Below are positions 36,692-49,425 of a DNA stretch of 64,000 nt, piece after piece. A model generated the notes under the pieces. The model made no database searches. It had not been told where the DNA came from and was given only the letters and a program-made list of their open reading frames with translations. Source of the stretch: Eubacteriales bacterium (GTDB lineage Bacteria > Bacillota > Clostridia > Oscillospirales > CAG-382); NCBI GenBank assembly GCA_045600105.1, contig JAZRXG010000007.1, positions 5,270-69,269 of the forward strand. The letters run 5' to 3'. The translations under genes were made by a program, and so were the position numbers. The first letter of the stretch is position 1. Each line of letters starts with the position of its first letter.

Positions 36692-38083
36692 ATGAAAACT
36701 TATACGATCCCCGCAAAAGAAGTCGAGACCCGTTTTTCCGCTGACGTCGTAGTCTGCGGCGGAGGTACGGCGGGTGTCCACGCGGCGGTTGCCGCGGCAA
36801 ACGAAGGCTGCTCCGTTATCATCATCGAACAGTTCGGCTCTCTCAGCGGAACTGCCGGAAACGGACTCGTCACGCCGCTCATGCACATGCACGTTGACGG
36901 CGATCCTCAGTGCTCCTACATCACGCCTCTTCTCAACGCCAAGCTCGATGAAGTCGGCGGTCTTTATCCCGACAGACGTCAGTTCGACCCGATGATGATA
37001 CGCTACGCGTCCGAAAGGCTCTGCATCGACGCCGGCGTAAAGATTCTTTACTATCATTTCATCAGCGACGTCATCACCGAAAACGGTGTCGTAAAGGGCA
37101 TCGTTACCGTTTCCAAGTCCGGCACCTACGTAATCGAAGGCAAGGAATTCATCGACTGCACCGGCGACGGCGACGTTTCGGTACTTGCGGGCGGAACATA
37201 TACCAAAGGCAACCCCGAGACCGGCAAGTGCCAGCCCATTTCGCTCCGTTACACCGTCAGCGGCGTCGACCAGAAGGCTTTCGGCGAGTTCATGCTCGAA
37301 CATTCAAAACAGAACGGCGTCACCAAGGCGGCGTCTTACGACGGCGAAAAGGTTTACACCGCCGTCACCAACACCGACGACTGGGTGTTCAGCGACACGT
37401 TCATCGAAGCGGTGAAGAACGGCGACCTGCTCCCCGAGGATAAAGCGTACTGGCAGGTATTTGCCGTACCCGGCAAACCCGATATGCTCGCGTTCAACAA
37501 CCCCGAATTCTTCGAGGACGTGGACGGCACCGACGCGATGCACCTCACGAGAGCGCAGATCGAGGGCAAGGAACGCATCTATCGTCAGCTCAGATTCTAC
37601 AAAAAGTATTTCAAAGGCTTTGAAAACGCCTATATTTCCGAGATCGCGCCGATGGTCGGCATCAGAGAAAGCAGAAACATCGACACCAAGTACATCCTCA
37701 CCGGCGAAGACCTGCTTTCGCGCAAAAAATTCTCCGATTATATCTGCCAGTCCAACTATCCCATCGACGTTCACGGCGTTCAGCTCAGATGCAGCACCAT
37801 CGCGACTCCCGTCAACGACGGTATGCCGTGGTACGATATCCCGTTTGACTGCCTTGTCGTCAAGGATTTCTCCAACCTCTTCGTCGCGGGCAGATGCGTA
37901 GGCTGCGAATTCGTTGCCGAAGCGTCGCTCCGCATACAGCCCTGCTGCCGCGCAACGGGCGAAGCCGCCGGAATCGGCGCGTCGCTCGCGCTCAAAAACG
38001 GCGTGTCGTCTTATGCCGTCAAGGGCGAGGAAGTCAGAGGCATAATGATAAGCAAGGGCGCGGACTTCAAGGAACAGAATTGA
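36692..38083 (+). CDS. FAD-dependent oxidoreductase
   Basis: VVVCGGGTAG, IDCTGDGD, GIRESR, YDIPFDCL, VAGRC. Confidence 0.9.
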   Translation: MKTYTIPAKEVETRFSADVVVCGGGTAGVHAAVAAANEGCSVIIIEQFGSLSGTAGNGLVTPLMHMHVDGDPQCSYITPLLNAKLDEVGGLYPDRRQFDPMMIRYASERLCIDAGVKILYYHFISDVITENGVVKGIVTVSKSGTYVIEGKEFIDCTGDGDVSVLAGGTYTKGNPETGKCQPISLRYTVSGVDQKAFGEFMLEHSKQNGVTKAASYDGEKVYTAVTNTDDWVFSDTFIEAVKNGDLLPEDKAYWQVFAVPGKPDMLAFNNPEFFEDVDGTDAMHLTRAQIEGKERIYRQLRFYKKYFKGFENAYISEIAPMVGIRESRNIDTKYILTGEDLLSRKKFSDYICQSNYPIDVHGVQLRCSTIATPVNDGMPWYDIPFDCLVVKDFSNLFVAGRCVGCEFVAEASLRIQPCCRATGEAAGIGASLALKNGVSSYAVKGEEVRGIMISKGADFKEQN

Positions 38084-38150
38084 AAATTGCAAATTTCAAA
38101 TGGCAAATCAAGGAAAGGATTTTCGACCTTTTGGTCGAAAATCCTTTTTT
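38078..38150 (+). repeat. AATTGNA heptamer array + hairpin element
   Basis: aattgaa aattgca aatttca aatggca aatcaa, aaaggattttcgacc-tttt-ggtcgaaaatcctttttt. Confidence 0.8.
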
Positions 38151-38191
38151 AATATTCATCATGATTCATTGCTGCAAAAATGACATATCAT

Positions 38192-38252
38192 AAAAAAGAT
38201 TTCCGCACGGTATCGTGCGGAAATCCTCAATAATTTTCAATTTGCAATTGCG
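38192..38252 (-). repeat. AATTGNA heptamer array + hairpin element (minus strand, after tgt)
   Basis: Reverse complement: aattgca aattgaa aattatt gaggatttccgcacg-atac-cgtgcggaaatctttttt. Confidence 0.8.
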
Positions 38253-38258
38253 AAGCTT

Positions 38259-41265
<3,007 letters not shown>

Positions 41266-41272
41266 CGTCCTT

Positions 41273-43837
41273 TCAGTTGAGTTTTGTCTTGAGATCGTAA
41301 AGTATCGACATTGCCTCGATCGGGGTTATCGTGTTGATGTCTATCCCCTTGAGCTTGTCGATTATGCGCTGCTCGGCGACGTCCTCGAACGAAACGTTCA
41401 TGCTTTCTTCCTTCTGCACGGTCTGTTTCTTCGGGGAAGTGCTTTCAAGCTCCTTGAGTATGGCTTTTGCCTTGTTGACGACTTCCTTCGGAACTCCCGC
41501 AAGGGAAGCGACCTCGATGCCGAAGCTGTCGTCGGTGCCGCCTTTGACTATCTTGCGCAGGAAAATCACGTCGTTTCCGCGTTTCTTGGCGGCGATATTG
41601 TAATTGATGATGCCTCTGTCGGTGTCTTCCATCGACGTCAGCTCGTGATAATGCGTCGCAAACAGCGTTTTCGCGCCGATCTTGCGGTTGGTGTATTCAA
41701 GCACGGCGCGCGCTATCGACATACCGTCGAAGGTGGACGTGCCGCGTCCTATTTCGTCGTAGATGATGAGCGAACGGCTCGTCGCGTTGGAAAGTATGAA
41801 CGCGACCTCTTTCATTTCCATCATGAATGTGGAGTCGCCGCTCGAAAGGTCGTCGCTTGCGCCGACACGGGTGAATATCTTGTCGACCACGCCTATCCTC
41901 GCTTCACTCGCGGGGACGAACGAGCCTATCTGCGCCATCAGCGTGATGAGCGCGACCTGACGCATATAAGTCGATTTACCTGCCATGTTGGGGCCGGTGA
42001 TCAGCATCGTGCGGCGCGAAGAACAGTCCATATCACAGTCGTTGGGTACGAAATATTTGTCTTTTACGAATTTTTCTACCACGGGATGCCTGCCGTCCTT
42101 GATGTAAAGGACGTCCGACATATCGACCTCGGGGCAGACGTAGTTCGATTCATCGGCGACAGCGGCGAGAGAACAGAGCACGTCTATCGCCGCGATGAGC
42201 TCGGCGGTCTTCCTTATCCTGTCCTTGGACGAAAGTATGTGCTCGCGCAGCTTCTGGAACAGCTCGTATTCAAGCTCGGCGTCGCGTTCCTTGGAGGTAA
42301 CGACGCGGGATTCCATTTCCTTGAGTTCCTCGGTCACGTAGCGCTCCGCGTTTGCGAGTGTCTGACGGCGGATGTAGGTGTCTGGCACCTGATCCATGAA
42401 CGACTTCGAAACCTCTATATAGTAGCCGAAAACGCGGTTGTAGCCGACCTTCAGAGTTCTGATGCCGGTCCTTTCCTTTTCGTCCTGCTCGATGCGCGAA
42501 ATGAACGTCTTGCCGTCGGTCATCATGTTTCTGAGCTCGTCGACCGCGGACGACGCGCCTTTTTTGATTATTCCGCCTTCTCTGAGCGACACGGGAGCGT
42601 CCTCGGCAATGGTGGAGTCGATGGATTCGCCTATGTCGTCAAGCAGATCGAACGAACGGAAAGCGTCGAGGAGGAGCGGGGAATTGAAGGACGAAATATT
42701 GTTTTTTATCGTGGGGAGTACGGATATCGTCTGCGAAAGAGAAAGCAGGTCACGCGCGTTTGCGGTGCCGTAAACGAGGCGGGTCAGCAGCCTTTCGACG
42801 TCGACCGTCTTTTTGAGCGCGTCGCATATCTCGTTTCTTTTGACGGGGCTCGACGCGAGCTCGCCGACCGACGCCTGACGCGTCCTTATGTCGTTCACCG
42901 AAAGCAGCGGCTTGTCGATCCAGCGTCTGATGAGACGCGCGCCCGATGACGTTTTCGTTTTGTCGAGCACCCAGAGCAGAGAGCCGCGTTTTTCGTGGCT
43001 TCTTATGCTTTCGCAGAGCTCGAGATTGCGTCTGCTCGACGTGTCGAGCGACAGATATTTTTCCGCTTTATAGAACGATACGGTCTTTATGTACGAAAGA
43101 TCGGTCTTCTGCGTCTGTTCAAGGTATACCATCAGCGCCGAAAGGGCGAACGCCGCCTTTGACGACGGATTGACCGCGCCTTCGCCGAATCTGTCCTCGG
43201 TCTGCGCCTTTATCGTTTCGGCCGAGTAGGAGGACGGGTCGGCGGGAGTGATGAGAGACGAATATTTTTCCGAAAGGAAAGATTTTATCTCGTCGGGGAC
43301 GAGCTTGTTCACGATGACTTCCTTGGGCTCGAACGACGCGAACTCGGAAAGCAGCGGATCGGGCTCGCTCACGGAGCCGATCTCGGTGAGCTGAACGTCG
43401 CCCGTCGTGATGTCGGCAAACACCACGCCATAGCCGTAGCCGTCGGAATAGAGCGAGCAGATATAGTTGTTGCGGTTTTCGTCAAGGCAGCTTCCCTCGA
43501 TGACCGTGCCCGGGGAAATGACGCGCAGGATGTCGCGCTTCACGAGCCCCTTGGCGAGCTTCGGGTCTTCCATCTGTTCGCAGATAGCCACCTTGTAGCC
43601 CTTTGCGATAAGACGCGAAACGTAGGTGTCGACCGCGTGGAACGGCACGCCGCACATCGGCGCTCTGTCCTCAAGACCGCAGTCTTTTCCCGTCAGAACG
43701 AGCTCGAGCTCCCGCGACGCGGTCTTGGCGTCGTCGAAGAACATCTCGTAAAAGTCGCCCACTCTGAACATCAGAATGCAGTCGGGGCGGTCTTTTTTTA
43801 TGTCGAAGTATTGCTGCATCATCGGTGAAAGTGCCAT
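41273..43837 (-). CDS. mutS: DNA mismatch repair protein MutS
   Basis: SPMMQQY, GDFYEMF, GPNMAGKSTYMRQ, DEIGRGTST, ATHYHEL. Confidence 0.98.
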   Translation of the reverse strand: MALSPMMQQYFDIKKDRPDCILMFRVGDFYEMFFDDAKTASRELELVLTGKDCGLEDRAPMCGVPFHAVDTYVSRLIAKGYKVAICEQMEDPKLAKGLVKRDILRVISPGTVIEGSCLDENRNNYICSLYSDGYGYGVVFADITTGDVQLTEIGSVSEPDPLLSEFASFEPKEVIVNKLVPDEIKSFLSEKYSSLITPADPSSYSAETIKAQTEDRFGEGAVNPSSKAAFALSALMVYLEQTQKTDLSYIKTVSFYKAEKYLSLDTSSRRNLELCESIRSHEKRGSLLWVLDKTKTSSGARLIRRWIDKPLLSVNDIRTRQASVGELASSPVKRNEICDALKKTVDVERLLTRLVYGTANARDLLSLSQTISVLPTIKNNISSFNSPLLLDAFRSFDLLDDIGESIDSTIAEDAPVSLREGGIIKKGASSAVDELRNMMTDGKTFISRIEQDEKERTGIRTLKVGYNRVFGYYIEVSKSFMDQVPDTYIRRQTLANAERYVTEELKEMESRVVTSKERDAELEYELFQKLREHILSSKDRIRKTAELIAAIDVLCSLAAVADESNYVCPEVDMSDVLYIKDGRHPVVEKFVKDKYFVPNDCDMDCSSRRTMLITGPNMAGKSTYMRQVALITLMAQIGSFVPASEARIGVVDKIFTRVGASDDLSSGDSTFMMEMKEVAFILSNATSRSLIIYDEIGRGTSTFDGMSIARAVLEYTNRKIGAKTLFATHYHELTSMEDTDRGIINYNIAAKKRGNDVIFLRKIVKGGTDDSFGIEVASLAGVPKEVVNKAKAILKELESTSPKKQTVQKEESMNVSFEDVAEQRIIDKLKGIDINTITPIEAMSILYDLKTKLN

Positions 43838-43854
43838 GATATCAACCCTTTCGT

Positions 43855-44125
43855 GTCGGGACTAATCCCCGTATTTGATGACCTCTATCTCGTCGGCGAT
43901 AGGCATGAGGAAATCCCAAAGTCGAAGCAATGCTTCGACTTTGCTTTAGCTTGCTGTGAGATCGCGGAAAGCGCTGCAGAGTCGCCGTTTGCGGCCGTCA
44001 GGCGTACAACGGTACGTCGACAGGCGAAAACGACGGCAGAAAAAGCGTGTATGACATATTCAAAGAAATCCGCAAGGATTTCTTCCTTAATAAACAATAT
44101 ATAATGTCGGAAGTCTTCCGCAAAA
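43855..44125. other. Structured non-coding intergenic element between ricA and mutS
   Basis: Several hairpins, including a 13-bp perfect inverted repeat at 43917-43943 and aagaaatcc-GCAA-ggatttctt at 44063-44084; boundaries approximate. Confidence 0.5.
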
Positions 44126-44178
44126 GGCAGAATAAAACTTTTTAACGCTTTTTCGGTCTGCACGTTTTCAGCATCTCA

Positions 44179-44574
44179 TCAGTGACAGCCGCCGCAGGAT
44201 GCGCAGTTACCCGAGCAATGCTCGTGATCGTGTTCGGGAACGACTACGGACTGAAGCTTGTTTACGATGTCGTTGTAAAGAACGTTGACGGCTTCTTCTG
44301 CTGCCATGAATCTCTTGGAGACCTCGTTCGACGTGATCTGTTCGTAAAGGGCGTCGAGGCGCGCGGATATGGAAGTGAGGAGCAGCTCGTCCTTTTCTTC
44401 TTTGGCAAACTCGGTCTCGTATACGGAACGCTGGACGTTGTATTCGTTTGCGAGGGTGATGAGCTCCTTGTCGGCGACGTAAGCGTCTCTGGCTTCGAGG
44501 TATTCTTTGACTTCTCCTTCTTCGGCGATGAGTTTTTTGAGTTCTTCAACTGCTTTAAGAGTATTTACGTTCAT
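44179..44574 (-). CDS. YlbF/YmcA (RicA-like) family regulator
   Basis: Helical 131 aa between miaB and mutS; Cys/His tail CSGNCASCGGCH. Confidence 0.85.
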   Translation of the reverse strand: MNVNTLKAVEELKKLIAEEGEVKEYLEARDAYVADKELITLANEYNVQRSVYETEFAKEEKDELLLTSISARLDALYEQITSNEVSKRFMAAEEAVNVLYNDIVNKLQSVVVPEHDHEHCSGNCASCGGCH

Positions 44575-44591
44575 TTTTTTATCCTTTCGGT

Positions 44592-45971
44592 TTATTTTAT
44601 TTTTCCGTCGAGTCCGTACGGGTGCGCGTCGGTTATTTCCACGTTCACAAAAGTCCCTTCGGGAACGTCGGAATCGAAATTTACGGGCTTGTTCTGTCCG
44701 CTTCTGCCTGCTTTTCCGCCTTCTGACAGCACTTTTATCGTCTTGCCGACGAGAAGACGGTTATTTGCGAGGGCAATGTCGTTTTCGGCATCGGAAATGA
44801 GCGAGAAACGGCGCACTTTTTCTTCGTGCGGGATCTGGTTTTCCATCTTTTCGGCGACCGTTCCGGGACGCGGCGAATAGACGAAGGTGTATATCATATC
44901 GTACCCGACCTCTTTGACGAGCGACAGGGTCTCGAGAAAATCCTCCTCGGTCTCCCCCGGGAAACCGCATATAATGTCCGTCGTTATGGCGGCGTCGGGC
45001 AGCTTTTCGCGGATGTACGCGACCTTTTCAAGGTACTGCTCACGCGTGTAGCGGCGGTTCATCTTTTCGAGTATCCTCGTCGAGCCCGACTGAACGGGCA
45101 GATGGAAATGCGGTGCGATATGTTCGGACGACGCCATGACGTCAACGAGCTCCTTCGACGCGTCCTTCGGGTGGCTCGTCATAAAGCGCACCCAGTAGTC
45201 GCCGTCGGCGGAAGCGACGCGGCGCAGCAGCTCGGGGAACGAAACGTCGCCCTTGTAGCTGTTGACGTTCTGACCGAGCAGGGTGATGTCGCGGTAGCCG
45301 CGGGAGATCAGTCCGTTCGTCTCGGAGAGTATGTCGGACGAAAGACGGCTTCTTTCTCTGCCTCTGACATAGGGGACCACGCAGTAGGTGCAGTAGTTGT
45401 TGCAGCCGTACATTATCGACACCCACGCTTTGTATGACGAGCTGCGGTGCGACGGCACGTTTTCGGCTATCACGCCGAAATCTGCGTGCGGCAGGTCGTT
45501 GATGAACGAAAGGCGCTTTTTGGAATTTATTGCCTTTTGTATCATCTCGGGCAGTCTGTGGTTCGCGTCAGTGCCGAAAACGGCGTCAACGTACGGATAA
45601 GACGTCTTCAGCTTTGCCCGTATATGCTCTTCCTGCGCCATGCAGCCGCAGAACATGATGAGCAGAAACGGGTTTTCTTCCTTCAGCTTCTTGTATCCGC
45701 CCGTGCGCGACAGAGTACGCAGCTCGGCGTGCTCTCTGATGGCGCAGGTATTCACTATGATGAGGTCGGCGTCCTTTTCGGTGTCGGTCTTGGTGTAGCC
45801 GCATTTTTCGGCAAGTCCCATCAGCTTTTCGCTGTCGGCTTCGTTCTGCTGGCAGCCGTAGGTCTGTATGAACGCCTTCGGATGCCTGCCTTCGCTTTCA
45901 AATCCGGCTTTCAGCGACGCCGCGATAAGGGACTGCTTTGTTATTTCTTCTTGTGATACGAAAATTTCCAT
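44592..45971 (-). CDS. miaB: tRNA-i6A37 methylthiotransferase MiaB
   Basis: TYGCQQNEADSE, NTCAIRE, CNNYCTYC, TRAM domain; ATG overlaps the upstream stop (TAATG). Confidence 0.95.
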   Translation of the reverse strand: MEIFVSQEEITKQSLIAASLKAGFESEGRHPKAFIQTYGCQQNEADSEKLMGLAEKCGYTKTDTEKDADLIIVNTCAIREHAELRTLSRTGGYKKLKEENPFLLIMFCGCMAQEEHIRAKLKTSYPYVDAVFGTDANHRLPEMIQKAINSKKRLSFINDLPHADFGVIAENVPSHRSSSYKAWVSIMYGCNNYCTYCVVPYVRGRERSRLSSDILSETNGLISRGYRDITLLGQNVNSYKGDVSFPELLRRVASADGDYWVRFMTSHPKDASKELVDVMASSEHIAPHFHLPVQSGSTRILEKMNRRYTREQYLEKVAYIREKLPDAAITTDIICGFPGETEEDFLETLSLVKEVGYDMIYTFVYSPRPGTVAEKMENQIPHEEKVRRFSLISDAENDIALANNRLLVGKTIKVLSEGGKAGRSGQNKPVNFDSDVPEGTFVNVEITDAHPYGLDGKIK

Positions 45972-46743
45972 TAAAACATCGTTCCTACGCATTTAAGATT
46001 ATTCAGGTACCATTCGGAGTAATCGGGGTCATTGGGGTCGAGCGAGTTTATCCCCACAAAATTCCTGCCGGAGGACGAGTGTACGAACTTTTTGCCTCCG
46101 ATGCAGACCGCGACGTGACCGGGGAAGAAGAACAGGTCGCCTTTTTTTGCGTCGTCAAGCGCTATCTTTTTCATGCCCGGGGTGCGGTCGATATCGGCGT
46201 CGCGCCATATCGTGATGCCCGCCATCTGATACGCGGTGAACGCGAGTCCGGAGCAGTCGACGCCGTCGTGCGTTCTGCCGCCCCAGCGGTACTGCGTGCC
46301 CATGAACGAAAGGGCATAGCGGCATATCGTCTCTCTCGCGGTCTCTTCGTCTTTGAAAACGGGAATTTCACCCAGGTCTTCAAGTCTGATGTAAAACATT
46401 CTCTTGTCGGGGAGCACGACCATCGCGTGGCGGGGGATCTCTTTGGAAAATCCCACGTCAACGAGCGAGCCCATCGGCAGCGCCATAACGGGAGCGTAGT
46501 AATTCTCGGGGCTTTTTTTGAGGTCTGCCCACGGAGCGGTTATTATGCGGTTGGGGGATGCGAGCTTTTCGGCTATCTCGTTTTCGTCGATATAGCCTTC
46601 GTACCCGTAGGACGTGCGGATCTTTGCAAATCCGCACAGTCTGTCGAGCACTTCGACTTCGGTGCCGTAAAGCGCGTCGTCAACGTGTTCGCTGTCGAAC
46701 GTCGGGTAGCGGTAAAGGTACGCGACGGGGACGCTGACGATCA

Positions 46744-46744
<1 letters not shown>
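45971..46744 (-). CDS. SH3 + NlpC/P60 peptidase (YkfC-like)
   Basis: TSYGYEGYI, YRWGG, GVDCSG, FFPGHV, HSS. Confidence 0.9.
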
Positions 46745-47907
<1,163 letters not shown>

Positions 47908-47979
47908 AATGTGCCTTCCTTTTTTTGTAATGTATTTTTTTGTAGTTTTTTTCAAAAATATGATCGGGAGATGATGAAA

Positions 47980-49425
47980 ATGAGAAAAACGCTTTGTCTT
48001 CTTATGTCGTTCGTGCTTTTTGCGTCGGTCATCACGGCTTCGGCGGCGACAGCGTCAAACGGCGGCGTGATGAACTGGTTTTTCCGTCCGTCGACCGACG
48101 GCGAACAGCCCGAGGTCATGGGCGGCAGCACTCTTCCCGACGAATACGGTGCGCTATACCTCGGAAACGAAAACGAAAAAGTGATATATCTCACCTTTGA
48201 CGCCGGATACGAAAACGGAAACGTCGAAAAAGTGCTCGACGTGCTTCTTTCTCATTCGGCGGTCGGCGCGTTTTTTATTCTGCCCAATATCATAAGGACG
48301 AATACCTCTCTCGTGAACAGGATGTTCGACGAGGGACACACGGTCTGCAACCATTCGTATTCGCACCGCAATATGGGGAAAATAAGCTCTTACGACGAGT
48401 TTATCAAAGAGATAGACGGAGTTGAAAAGGTCTGTCTTGAATATACGGGAAAGGAAATGTCAAAATATTTCCGACCTCCCGAGGGCGCGTTTTCCGAAAA
48501 AACGCTGTCTTTCTGCCGCGACGCCGGAGTCGTTCCGGTGTTCTGGTCGTTCGCCTACGCCGACTGGGACAACAACGCACAGAAGGACGAGGAGTGGGCA
48601 TACGACAGGATAATGTCGTCCGTCCACAACGGTGAAGTGATGCTGCTGCACCCGACGTCTTCGACGAACGCCGCCATCCTCGACAGAGTGCTGACGTCGC
48701 TTGAAGAGCAGGGCTACCGCTTCGGCGGTCTCGACGAGCTTTATCTTTATTCGAGAACGGGAAAGCAGCTTCCCGCGTCGAACGAGATCGACGAGATAAA
48801 TTATTATAAAAAGCAGGGGATGGTCTTCTGCGAGAATCCGTCGGCGGGCAAATGCGTCGCGCTGACGTTCGACGACGGGCCGCATCCGACTCTCACGGAC
48901 GAAATACTCGACATTCTTGACGAGTACGGCGTTAAGGCCACCTTTTTCGCCATTGGCAAAAACGCTTCCGAAAATCCGGCTCCCGTAAGACGGGCGATAG
49001 AAGCGGGACATGAAATAGGCAATCACACCTATTCGCACCTTCTTCTCGGGAAATGCAGCGAGGAAGCGTACCTTGCCGACGTCGAAAAAGCCGAAAAGCT
49101 TTTCGAAGAGGAATTTTCTTACCGTCCGCGGCTTTTCAGACCTCCCGGAGGCCGATTCGCCGCGGAAACGGTGGAAAAAATCTGTTCAAAGGGTTACAAA
49201 TACGTTCTTTGGGCGTGGAGGCTCGACACACGCGACTGGGCGTGCCCGAGCATCGGAGACGTCGTGGGCACGGTGATGAAAAACGTCAGAGGCGGTGATA
49301 TCATTCTGTTCCACGACTACAACTCGTGCCGCAGCCCGACGCCCGACGCACTTCGCGTCATAATCCCGTCGCTTCGTGAGCAGGGATATACGTTCGTGAC
49401 GGTGTCGGAGCTTTTCGGGGAATGA
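47980..49425 (+). CDS. Secreted protein with two NodB polysaccharide deacetylase domains (first is PdaA-like)
   Basis: YLTFDAGYENG..NHSYSH..FRPPEG..WSFAYADW..LLH, then ALTFDDGP..GNHTYSH..FRPPGG..LFHD; start codon uncertain (47971/47974/47980). Confidence 0.9.
   Translation: MRKTLCLLMSFVLFASVITASAATASNGGVMNWFFRPSTDGEQPEVMGGSTLPDEYGALYLGNENEKVIYLTFDAGYENGNVEKVLDVLLSHSAVGAFFILPNIIRTNTSLVNRMFDEGHTVCNHSYSHRNMGKISSYDEFIKEIDGVEKVCLEYTGKEMSKYFRPPEGAFSEKTLSFCRDAGVVPVFWSFAYADWDNNAQKDEEWAYDRIMSSVHNGEVMLLHPTSSTNAAILDRVLTSLEEQGYRFGGLDELYLYSRTGKQLPASNEIDEINYYKKQGMVFCENPSAGKCVALTFDDGPHPTLTDEILDILDEYGVKATFFAIGKNASENPAPVRRAIEAGHEIGNHTYSHLLLGKCSEEAYLADVEKAEKLFEEEFSYRPRLFRPPGGRFAAETVEKICSKGYKYVLWAWRLDTRDWACPSIGDVVGTVMKNVRGGDIILFHDYNSCRSPTPDALRVIIPSLREQGYTFVTVSELFGE

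Noticed and set aside
43853-44163. 83-aa and 92-aa ORFs between ricA and mutS (position of cotE in Bacillus)
   Set aside because: No CotE resemblance, no convincing RBS, and the region is dominated by inverted repeats.
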